Of a stretch of DNA of 12,899 nucleotides, positions 1-8,129 are shown one piece after another. Made by a program: the position numbers and the translations under genes. The notes beneath the pieces are model-generated. The model did no database searches, was not told the DNA's origin, and was given only the letters and a program-made list of their open reading frames with translations. This DNA is from a bacterium (lineage in GTDB: Bacteria; SZUA-182; DTGQ01): positions 1 to 12,899 of the forward strand of contig JBFMGO010000140.1 of the NCBI GenBank assembly GCA_040752695.1, in the 5' to 3' direction. The first letter of the stretch is position 1, and every line of letters begins with the position of its first letter.

Positions 1-489
1 GCTTTCCCCCCTTATGGCTGGTTGCAAATGATACATCAACATGGCACTATACCACAGTATGAAATCAGCGATTATTGGTCAAGTAAAAAAATCTAAAAAC
101 TATTATCGGGGGTGCGGAAGCACGGCTATATCCTTCTCTTCAACCATAAAAACAAAAACTCTAGGTTATCCTCGATCTTGGATATGATTTTACAAATAAG
201 GCATTTATTATATCAAGGCCATAAGGGCATTAGCAATGTTAAATCGATCTATAAGCAGGGCAATTGCATCTAAATTTTGAGATTTGGACATGAGAGGGTA
301 ATTTTGGCAATATAGCCTCCGAAATCGCAAAAAAGGAAGGAAAAAAATACCAATAGCATACAGATCTTTGGAAGGCAGGATAGAGGCAGTCTCTTTACGG
401 GATCAATTAAAAGAGCAGGCAAAGAAGGCTTGTGGAGCAATAACGGCATTAACTGAATGATCTATCTGGACCATCCTGAAGTTGGCTAG

Positions 490-1016
490 GAGCCTGTCCG
501 CGAACAGGTCACAAAAAAGTTGATAGGGCCGATAATTGTTAGTCAGTGAGAGGACCTTGAAATTTTTGAGGAGATTTTTCCCAAGGTCATGACACCGGAG
601 GGGCAATCACCAGTCCCTTTTTATCAATGCAGGAGTATTTTCCTTCCTTTAACTATCCGTTTTTGAGGTACTGGCTTCATTCCAAGATCCACTATTTTGC
701 TCAGAACTGCCCTCACCACCTTTTTGATATTATGCACTGCGCACACAAGAGAAAATTCCCCCTGTGCCTTCTTGAATCCCCGTAAGTGAAATTGCCGGAA
801 ACCACTATTCTTTATTTGGCCAAAGACAGGCTCAACAATCTGTTTACGCTTTTTGTATATCTGCTTTGATGTTTCCTGTTGCATTTTCTCGATCATTTTC
901 TGTCTGAGTGGTTCTTGATCATCAGTGTTGATGGTTCGAGGCTCCCCTTTTTGGGATTTGCAGCATCTCCTCTGGTAGGGGCACTTATCGCAGTCATCTT
1001 TACTGGCTTGATTCAA
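490..1016 (-). mobile_element. IS1182-family-like insertion sequence remnant (3' part of transposase plus one terminal inverted repeat)
   Basis: A transposase C-terminus lies at 624-1016. GAGCCTGTCCGCGAAC begins at 490 directly after CTAG (486-489), which resembles an IS terminus with its target site. No matching second end was seen. Confidence 0.7.
624..1016 (-). pseudogene. Truncated IS1182-type DDE transposase, C-terminal fragment
   Basis: Contains DCxxCPxxxxC followed by YKKRKQIVEPVFGQIK-x2-GFRQFHLRG-x5-EFSLVCAVHNIKK, typical of the DDE_Tnp_1_6/IS1182 C-terminus. Only 130 aa; the N-terminal part is missing. Confidence 0.85.
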
Positions 1017-1436
1017 GACAAGTCACGGGATCATCCAATTATTCATGTGAATTTTCCCGTATGGAATTGGCTTCAGAAAACCTGCCAGATAGAGGAAGCT
1101 TCCGTATTTCCTTTTTCGATTTATTAGCTTCTCGACAGTGATAAGTTCTCAAAGGAAGCTGACCTTTTGAAATTGGCCAAAGTCCATAGATCGAGATTCC
1201 CTAAAAGCGAATTAAAGCATGAGTCGCATGGGTATTGACTTTGCCTAAATTAAAAAGTCCGCCAATACAAGGACAGGTGTTTTTTGCTATGCCCTTATTT
1301 TTGCCAGTCGGTCTCATTTTTGAGACCTGTTTCAGAACTTTTAACTGTCGAGTTAGCTTTTATCACAAATTTAGTGAACCGGCAGGAGGAGAAAGCCGAA
1401 TAATGGGATGGTCCTTTCCATAAAGCATGAGATAAA

Positions 1437-1465
1437 TATTGCATTCTTTTTCATACTATGCAATA
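1437..1465. promoter_or_regulatory. Inverted repeat, candidate upstream activator site
   Basis: TATTGCAT-N13-ATGCAATA lies about 100-125 bp upstream of the -24 element and is separated from it by an AT-rich tract (~1470-1560). Confidence 0.4.
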
Positions 1466-1558
1466 CAATTCAATATTTGGCTATTTTATTTTTTAATTAA
1501 TTAAGTATAAATATAATAATTTATATTATATAAAAATTAAATAAAAATACATAAAAAA

Positions 1559-1576
1559 TTGGCATGATCTTTGCAT
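1559..1576 (+). promoter_or_regulatory. Candidate sigma-54 (-24/-12) promoter of the RiPP operon
   Basis: TTGGCATGATCTTTGCAT has GG (1561-1562), exactly 10 nt, then GC (1573-1574). This closely matches TGGCAC-N5-TTGC. It lies directly after a very AT-rich tract and upstream of the first gene. Confidence 0.7.
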
Positions 1577-1755
1577 AAATTTTTACTGTATCTTATTAAG
1601 CGATGCTCTGCCTGATCAAACCATTGAAGAGATATTGCTGGTTACTCACTACTTCTAAGGATCCGTACCAGTATTCTTCATTTTTGTCACAATCTATCGA
1701 AACATTCTGTCCTATCCTTGTTGTCTTTGATAAAAAAATAGGAGGAATTGATAAG

Positions 1756-1944
1756 ATGACCAAAGCTCATAGATCAATCTTTCGTGAGAGTGCTCTGCAG
1801 CGCTATATGCAAGGTAAGGGTCAACCAGTGTTACCACGGTTTATCTCCCAGCGCATCTTCATTTGGCTGTGGACCTTGCTTGGACTTCTGTTGGTTAGTG
1901 GGGTTATTGTCTCACTAATGATTATAGGACAGCTTGGGGTATAG
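1756..1944 (+). CDS. Small single-pass membrane protein resembling the N-terminus of bacteriocin-secretion HlyD-type accessory proteins (62 aa)
   Basis: GGAGG at 1741-1745 precedes ATG 1756, which is preferred over the 1603 start. The sequence SIFRESALQRY...VLPRFIS is followed by a hydrophobic helix (IFIWLWTLLGLLLVSGVIVSLMII). The stop lies 3 nt before the transporter ATG. Confidence 0.65.
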   Translation: MTKAHRSIFRESALQRYMQGKGQPVLPRFISQRIFIWLWTLLGLLLVSGVIVSLMIIGQLGV

Positions 1945-1947
1945 AAG

Positions 1948-4323
1948 ATGAGCAATTTCAATGCTACTCAAAATAGCCAGAAAGGAGAAGGGGAAGACCG
2001 GAAATCAGCAAGGATATGGCTGAGTGTTTTCTGCTCTCTGCCTTTTACCTTATGGGCTGCTCTGGCCGCTCTGCTTGTTCATCTACGCGGGCGTCGGGTT
2101 CCTGTCATACTTCAAATGAATGAGGTCGAATGCGGTGCCGCCTGCCTGGCCATGATCCTTAGTTTCTATGGCCGGAAGACGCCTATCTCGGAATGCCGCA
2201 CCTTGTATGGGACTAGCCGTAATGGTCTTACCGCCCAAGTCATTGCTACAGCGGCACGCCATTATGGATTTCGGGTAAAGGGGTTCTCAGTAGAGCTGAG
2301 TAATTTAAAACATATTCCTTTGCCTGCCATCATCCATTGGAACTTTAACCACTTTGTGGTGTTGGAACGATGGGTGCCCAGGAAAGCGGTGATTGTCGAT
2401 CCTGCTGCCGGACGCCGCCAATTGACAGCGGATGAATTTGACAGGGGCTTCACCGGAGTGGTATTGGTCATCGAGCCTGGTGTTGACTTTGAACAGTGCC
2501 GCTCATCAGCCCGACGGCCCATGTGGCGTACCTATTTGATGTCAATGCTGCGTACACCAGGTGCAATTGGCCTGATGACCCAGATTCTGACTGCCTCCCT
2601 ATGCTTGCAGGTTCTTGGGCTAGCCCTGCCAGCCCTCACCAAGGTACTTATGGACAAGGTTCTCCCATCCCACATTACCCATATTATGACGATCTTGGGG
2701 ATAGGGATGCTTATTTTGGCCCTGACCCAGGCGGTAACCAGTTATCTACGGTCTCTCCTGTTAATCTGTCTTCAGGCGCGTCTTGATTCACACATCATGC
2801 TTGGCTTCTTTGAGCATGTGCTCGGCCTCCCTTTCCAGTTTTTCCAGCAGCGAAGCAGCGGAGACCTGCTGATGCGGCTTAGCAGTAATATGACCATCCG
2901 TGAAATGCTCACCAGCCACACGGTATCTGTTATCCTGGATGGCGCTTTCGTGTCCGCGTATCTGGTCATTTTGCTCACTCAGGCACCCCTCTTTGGTTTG
3001 ATCGTCCTTGGGATAAGCCTGCTTCAGGTCGCACTGTTAGCGGGTACGGCCCGGCACATGCATGGCCTGACTCAGCGCAACCTCTCGGCCCAGGCAGAAT
3101 CACAGAGTTTTTTGGTCGAAACACTGACGGGGATGGTAACTTTGAAAGCAGCCGGCGGGGAAGATCGCGCTTTCGACCATTGGTCGAATCTGTTTATGAA
3201 CCAGTTGAATGTCTCTCTTCACCAAAGCCACTTTTCGGCGTTGATTGAAACAGCCCTAGTGACCCTGCGCACCCTTAGCCCTCTCCTGCTGCTATGGATT
3301 GGGGCAGGTTGGGTCCTGAATGGCAGCATGAGCCTTGGCACAATGCTGGCCCTGAACGCACTGGCCGCATCCACCATGTCGCCCCTAGCTACTCTGGTGG
3401 CAATGGGACAGCAATTACAGACAATCGGTGCTCACCTTGATCGGTTGGCTGACGTGATCGAGGCCGAGCCGGAGCAGGATGTGCAGGCAGTTCAAAAAGC
3501 GCCGCTGATCAGTGGCCGGATTGAAGTGAGAAACATGAGCTTTCGCTATGACCCCAATGGCCCCTGGGTGTTGCGCAACATCTCCTTCACGGTCGAGGCG
3601 GGACAGAAAATCGCTCTTGTCGGCCGCACCGGGTCGGGCAAGAGTACTCTGGCCATGCTCCTTCTGGGCCTGTATACGCCAAATGAAGGAGAGATTCTCT
3701 ATGATGGCATCTGCCTGCAACATCTGAACTACCGCGATCTCCGGAACCAGTTTGGAGTAGTGCTGCAAGAGCCATTCCTGTTCAGCGACTCCATTCGACG
3801 GAACATCGCCTTCAACAACCCCGGCCTCTCGTTTGAGCAAGTGACAGAGGCTGCTCAACTTGCTGCAATTCATGATGAGATTATGCAGATGCCCATGCAT
3901 TACGAGACAAAGATTGCGGAGGGAGGCAGCGGGCTGTCAGGCGGACAAAGACAGCGACTTTCCATTGCCCGGGCTCTGGCACACAAGCCTGCCATACTCC
4001 TGCTGGATGAGGCCACCAGCCACCTGGATACCGTCACCGAGCATCAGGTCGATAATAACCTGAGCCAGTTCGCCTGTACGCGGATCGTGATTGCGCACCG
4101 GCTGAGTACGATCCGCAACGCAGATATGATTCTGGTCCTCGATGAGGGAACCATAGTCGAGCAGGGCAGGCATGAGGAACTGGTGGCAGAAGGAGGACAT
4201 TACGCCGCTCTGGTGAATAGCCAGTTAGAAGATGAGGCCAGTGGCAGGGTCCCCGCTTCGAATGTTGAACAATCTGGTGCGTATAGTGTATTTTTCTCCC
4301 GTATTGGCGCTGAAAGGGGGTGA
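1948..4323 (+). CDS. lanT: Peptidase C39 domain-containing ABC transporter (PCAT, LanT-type)
   Basis: C39 motifs QMNEVECGAACL and HWNFNHFVV...VDP; multi-helix membrane domain; Walker A GRTGSGKST; signature LSGGQRQ; Walker B LLLDEATS; H-loop IAHRLST. Confidence 0.96.
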   Translation: MSNFNATQNSQKGEGEDRKSARIWLSVFCSLPFTLWAALAALLVHLRGRRVPVILQMNEVECGAACLAMILSFYGRKTPISECRTLYGTSRNGLTAQVIATAARHYGFRVKGFSVELSNLKHIPLPAIIHWNFNHFVVLERWVPRKAVIVDPAAGRRQLTADEFDRGFTGVVLVIEPGVDFEQCRSSARRPMWRTYLMSMLRTPGAIGLMTQILTASLCLQVLGLALPALTKVLMDKVLPSHITHIMTILGIGMLILALTQAVTSYLRSLLLICLQARLDSHIMLGFFEHVLGLPFQFFQQRSSGDLLMRLSSNMTIREMLTSHTVSVILDGAFVSAYLVILLTQAPLFGLIVLGISLLQVALLAGTARHMHGLTQRNLSAQAESQSFLVETLTGMVTLKAAGGEDRAFDHWSNLFMNQLNVSLHQSHFSALIETALVTLRTLSPLLLLWIGAGWVLNGSMSLGTMLALNALAASTMSPLATLVAMGQQLQTIGAHLDRLADVIEAEPEQDVQAVQKAPLISGRIEVRNMSFRYDPNGPWVLRNISFTVEAGQKIALVGRTGSGKSTLAMLLLGLYTPNEGEILYDGICLQHLNYRDLRNQFGVVLQEPFLFSDSIRRNIAFNNPGLSFEQVTEAAQLAAIHDEIMQMPMHYETKIAEGGSGLSGGQRQRLSIARALAHKPAILLLDEATSHLDTVTEHQVDNNLSQFACTRIVIAHRLSTIRNADMILVLDEGTIVEQGRHEELVAEGGHYAALVNSQLEDEASGRVPASNVEQSGAYSVFFSRIGAERG

Positions 4324-4465
4324 CGATGAAGGAACTAATGCGCTCTCAAGCCGGTTAAGAACAGCGGCAGGTCTATTGTGGCCTATTCGGCCATTGTAAC
4401 TAACTTTTATACAAAGGATGCTGTTCACAGGGGAAAAACTGTGAATAAGTAGTAAGGAGACAAAC

Positions 4466-4654
4466 ATGAAAGACGATAACCGTAGTATGCAAATGTCAGA
4501 CAAAAACAATAAACTTAAGCTGACTGAATTAGACTCGGATGATCTTGGTATTGTCAGTGGTGCAAGACCGCGGCAGTATCCATGCAGTTGCTGCTGCATG
4601 GGTGACAGCAATGTCTATTTCGATTCGGCTTACACTCCTTCTACGGCCTCATAA
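4466..4654 (+). CDS. RiPP precursor 1: double-glycine-type leader with Cys-rich core; probable radical SAM substrate (TIGR04149-like)
   Basis: RBS AAGGAG at 4454-4459. The leader ends ELDSDDLGIVSGA and the predicted core is RPRQYPCSCCCMGDSNVYFDSAYTPSTAS. It lies between the PCAT and the rSAM gene and is followed by a hairpin. Confidence 0.88.
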   Translation: MKDDNRSMQMSDKNNKLKLTELDSDDLGIVSGARPRQYPCSCCCMGDSNVYFDSAYTPSTAS

Positions 4655-4669
4655 AATGTGAACAATCAT

Positions 4670-4702
4670 ACCCTGGACATGTGTTTTTCACATGTCCAGG
4701 GT
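4670..4702 (+). terminator. Stem-loop after precursor 1 (attenuator or mRNA stabiliser)
   Basis: ACCCTGGACATGTG-TTTTT-CACATGTCCAGGGT: perfect 14-bp stem with a 5-nt loop and only a weak U tail. Confidence 0.75.
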
Positions 4703-4739
4703 GTTTCCTATCAGTGGAGGAGAGAGGAGAAGATAAGAT

Positions 4740-6269
4740 ATGTACAGTGCAATTGCCTTTAAGACCAAGAACAAGAGCACGTATTTCTTCGATATCAACA
4801 AGAACAGCCTCGTTCTCTGTCATCCGATCCTGTTCGAGATTGTACGCATGGGATCGCGAATGGCCAAGAGTGGAGAGATCCTCAGCGGCCCCTCCTGGAC
4901 AGATTCTCTTTCTCAAGGGGAGTTCGGTTCGGTACCTAGGGATATTCTCGCTTTCTATGTGGAGAAGTATAGGCTATTGCAGAAAAATGGTTACTTTAGA
5001 GAGGTCGACAAAAGCAGTAAAACTTACCGCATTTCGGCATATACTGTTCGTGATTCGCTTGCAAATACGCATCAAATCGTCTTCGAGGTAACGGGAAGGT
5101 GTAATCTATGCTGCGAATACTGTGGATACGGCGATCTTTATTCTCAGGTTGATAAAAAGAGGAGTACACGTAACCTCGACACAAAATCTGCCATGCGCCT
5201 CATTGATTACGTTTTAAAACTCGTTGTCTCTCCATACAATCACTCGGCTGATAAAAAACTTCATATCTCGTTCTACGGTGGAGAGCCTCTGTTGCGCATC
5301 GGATTCATAAAAGAAGTAGTAGACTATGTGCGATCGTGTATGGGACACGGGATTTCGCTTACGCTTGGAATGACGACGAACGGGACGTATCTTCGCAAGT
5401 ATTCGGATTATCTGGTAAAGAATAACTTTAATCTTCTCGTAAGCCTGGATGGAAATGAAAAGAACAACTCATACCGCCTGTTTCACAATGGCAAACCTTC
5501 CTTTCAGGTTGTTCTCCAAAACATCAAATATCTTGCCCGCACCTACCCACGATATTTCGAGAAGAGAGTGTCTTTCAATTCGGTGTTCAATGGCCGGAGC
5601 ACGTTGTCTGATGTCTGTGAATTCTTCAAATCCGAATTCAACATGAAGCCAAAGATAGCGGAGATTAACCTACATGGAATCTTGCAAAGCAAAAGAGCGA
5701 TCTTCGAAAAGATGTACAAAAGTGTCGTGGATGCTTTGACTGAAGAGGCTGAAGGTGAGCGCTATGAAGAGGAGATGCCTTCTGTATTTCCAAGGACAAA
5801 CACCGCTATCAGATTCGTTCACCGGTGTAATAGCGCTATGTTTGAGGACTATGACGACCTCCTCGATCCGGTCGATAATAGATCGAGCTATATCACGGGA
5901 ACGTGCCTGCCGTTTGCGAAAAAGATCTTCCTCTCGGCGGGCAGGAACATCTTGCCATGTGAAAAAGTATCGCAGGAATTCGTTCTGGGAAAGGTTGAGG
6001 ATTCGGGAGAGGTAGCTATCGACTTCGAAAGTATCGCTGCACTATATAATGGATATTACAGGAAAATAGAGGAGTTATGCAGCAATTGTTACAATCTCCT
6101 CTGTCCCCAATGCCTGTTTCGAATGAATATCCAGGATGAACGTGTTGGCTGTCAAGATTTTCTGGCCCTTGACGGGGCCGCAAAGCGGCTTGCATCTATT
6201 GTGGGTTATTTCGAGGATCGTGGTCCAGCCTTATACAACAAGTTCATAAAGGAGGTTTGGATTGAATAG
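4740..6269 (+). CDS. Radical SAM/SPASM peptide maturase (resembles the GG-Bacteroidales family TIGR04148)
   Basis: FEVTGRCNLCCEYCGYG (CxxxCxxC), FYGGEPL, TTNG and SLDG motifs. C-terminal Cys set: GTCLPF...LPCEKV...CSNCYNLLCPQC...C. An N-terminal extension of ~110 aa may be an RRE. Confidence 0.92.
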   Translation: MYSAIAFKTKNKSTYFFDINKNSLVLCHPILFEIVRMGSRMAKSGEILSGPSWTDSLSQGEFGSVPRDILAFYVEKYRLLQKNGYFREVDKSSKTYRISAYTVRDSLANTHQIVFEVTGRCNLCCEYCGYGDLYSQVDKKRSTRNLDTKSAMRLIDYVLKLVVSPYNHSADKKLHISFYGGEPLLRIGFIKEVVDYVRSCMGHGISLTLGMTTNGTYLRKYSDYLVKNNFNLLVSLDGNEKNNSYRLFHNGKPSFQVVLQNIKYLARTYPRYFEKRVSFNSVFNGRSTLSDVCEFFKSEFNMKPKIAEINLHGILQSKRAIFEKMYKSVVDALTEEAEGERYEEEMPSVFPRTNTAIRFVHRCNSAMFEDYDDLLDPVDNRSSYITGTCLPFAKKIFLSAGRNILPCEKVSQEFVLGKVEDSGEVAIDFESIAALYNGYYRKIEELCSNCYNLLCPQCLFRMNIQDERVGCQDFLALDGAAKRLASIVGYFEDRGPALYNKFIKEVWIE

Positions 6270-7530
6270 CGTGTCTGGTTGGATTGTCATTGATCCTTTT
6301 GTCCATATCGCAGTAAAGGGCGACTCATGTCTCCTTTATAATCCGCTCAATGGCAAGATACTAGAGTATGGAGATTCGCTGGTCGTCGAACTGGTCCGCG
6401 ATTTAACTTCTCCTGAGAATCTTCTTATCAAAAGGATTTCTTTAAAGGATCGTGCGCTCCCTTTATCAGTATTCGGCTTTATCGAAGATCTGCGCTCTGC
6501 GTTTATGGGAGATTTTATCGAGGCAGACGCCTCGGCGGTTCGTCCCATTCAGTTCCCTCCCGTCGTTCAGGTAACGAGAGCTGTCGAATACATCAGGAGC
6601 GATGAGAACCGTTCGGTCGGTGAGTTTGCTGTAAAGTATTTGAATAGACTTTTAGTTTATGTAAACAGCGATTGCAATTTCGACTGTGATCTCTGCAAGT
6701 CTGCTTATAAACAAATCAATTGGTGTACGAAGGCAAACCAGGGGACACTTGATATCGCGGTTCTGAAATCAGCAGTCGAGAGCATTAATTGCGCTCGCCT
6801 GCGATCGATCAGTATACTCGGTGGAGACATCCTTTCTTATCCCCATATCGAGGAGCTATCCAGATTCCTTGGGAAGAAGCCCACCCATAAAATATATTAT
6901 TTACACTGCGAGAATCTCATCCGCAGCGATAAGTGTTTGCGCACCCTCGAATTGCAGGGTTCAAGGCTTTGCGTCCTTGCCACCCCGCAGGTGACAAGAC
7001 CGGATCTATCCAGGGCAAGCCAATCGCTTAGAGATCTGCAGATAGATCACGAGTGGCTTATTGCGGTCCGTAGTGATAAAGAGTTCCTTGAGATAAGGAG
7101 CGTGTTCGAGTCCCTGAAGATTACGAATTATAGGATAATGCCCTGGTTCAATGGTCTTAATATCGAATTCTTCGAGGAGATGGTCTTCATCGATGTGGAT
7201 GATCTTGCTCGCTCGGGCGTTTCCATGAAGGAAATATTTGCCCACCAACGATTGAACAAGAGGGATTTTGGCAGGCTGATTATTCTCTCAAATAGTGACG
7301 TGCATGGCAATGTGAACCATCACAGGCTAGCTCGACTTGGGGAGCAGACCATAGATGATGCGTTGCTCGAGGAAATGCGATCGGGCCAGAGCTGGTTTAG
7401 GGTAAGAGGAAAACTTGTTCCTTGTCGCGACTGCCTCTTCGAGGCACTCTGCCCGCCACCATCGAACTATGAGATCGCGATCGGGAGAAATAACTTATGC
7501 CATATATGGGATAATCACCAACCTCCTTAA
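6262..7530 (+). CDS. Pseudo-radical-SAM/SPASM partner protein (TIGR04150-like)
   Basis: TTG start with AAGGAGG RBS (6249-6255), overlapping the upstream gene by 8 nt. Motifs: N-terminal LLYNPLNG; CNFDCDLC-x9-C; degenerate GGD in place of GGEP; C-terminal CRDCLFEALCPPPSNYEIAIGRNNLCHI. Confidence 0.85.
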   Translation: MNSVSGWIVIDPFVHIAVKGDSCLLYNPLNGKILEYGDSLVVELVRDLTSPENLLIKRISLKDRALPLSVFGFIEDLRSAFMGDFIEADASAVRPIQFPPVVQVTRAVEYIRSDENRSVGEFAVKYLNRLLVYVNSDCNFDCDLCKSAYKQINWCTKANQGTLDIAVLKSAVESINCARLRSISILGGDILSYPHIEELSRFLGKKPTHKIYYLHCENLIRSDKCLRTLELQGSRLCVLATPQVTRPDLSRASQSLRDLQIDHEWLIAVRSDKEFLEIRSVFESLKITNYRIMPWFNGLNIEFFEEMVFIDVDDLARSGVSMKEIFAHQRLNKRDFGRLIILSNSDVHGNVNHHRLARLGEQTIDDALLEEMRSGQSWFRVRGKLVPCRDCLFEALCPPPSNYEIAIGRNNLCHIWDNHQPP

Positions 7531-7762
7531 GCATTTTGCGATCGACGTATTCTATGAACTTGCCTCGACTTTCAGTTGAGACGACGATGGGTTTCATGCT
7601 TCAGATAGCTTTCGGATTTTTCGCAGACAGCAAGATGCAGATACTACCACAATTCTAAATGCAGCGATTTTCAGATGCTCTGGGTTACCCAATTCCTGGA
7701 ATTTTTAGACTATTTTGGGGGATCAATGAAGATGATTATGAGTGTGTGATAAATACGAGGGA

Positions 7763-7802
7763 CTGCCTTGAAGCTCTTTGCCGGCAAAGAGCTTCAAGGC
7801 AG
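7763..7802. repeat. Perfect 40-bp palindrome upstream of lanA
   Basis: CTGCCTTGAAGCTCTTTGCC is followed immediately by its exact reverse complement GGCAAAGAGCTTCAAGGCAG. The ORF track shows the same peptide CLEALCRQRASRQ on both strands here. Confidence 0.95.
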
Positions 7803-7859
7803 GTCCAGGATGGCCTGTCAGGCCACCGGAAGTCTAAAGAAAGAAAGGAGGTGAACGAA

Positions 7860-8084
7860 ATGTCGAAGGTAGATATCATTCGTGCCTGGAAAGACGAGGA
7901 GTATCGGTTGAGTCTGAGTGATGCCGAGCAGGCCATGTTACCGGCCAACCCGGCAGGCATCATCGAACTGACAGGAACGGAGTTGGATATTGTTGGAGGG
8001 GCAAGACCTAACTTATCAGCAGCTACGACATGCTATCATGGTTTTTGTTCTAATTTTTGTAGTGCTGCTCCACCATGGTGTTAA
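7860..8084 (+). CDS. lanA: RiPP precursor 2: mersacidin/lichenicidin-family class II lanthipeptide precursor (74 aa)
   Basis: RBS AAGGAGGTG at 7845-7853 precedes ATG 7860. The leader DIIRAWKDEEYRLSLS...LPANPAGIIEL...IVGGA is characteristic. The core RPNLSAATTCYHGFCSNFCSAAPPWC has 4 Cys and 5 Ser/Thr. It is adjacent to lanM. Confidence 0.95.
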   Translation: MSKVDIIRAWKDEEYRLSLSDAEQAMLPANPAGIIELTGTELDIVGGARPNLSAATTCYHGFCSNFCSAAPPWC

Positions 8085-8129
8085 ATGAAATACGTTCTAC
8101 ACGACGCGTCGGCATATATCCTTTCAGAG

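Noticed and set aside
1310..1327. Small hairpin GGTCTCA-TTTT-TGAGACC as the second IS end or a terminator
   Set aside because: Only a 7-bp stem, and it does not match the terminus at 490 well enough.
403..1423. ORFs 403..606, 879..1127 and 1235..1423
   Set aside because: No recognisable motifs; the first two overlap or are antisense to the IS remnant.
1603..1755. Upstream extension of ORF 1603..1944
   Set aside because: There is no RBS before 1603, whereas GGAGG precedes ATG 1756, where the recognisable motif begins.
7659..7859. N-terminal 67 codons of the 141-aa ORF 7659..8084
   Set aside because: The strong RBS and family-typical leader place the start at 7860. The extension runs through a palindrome.
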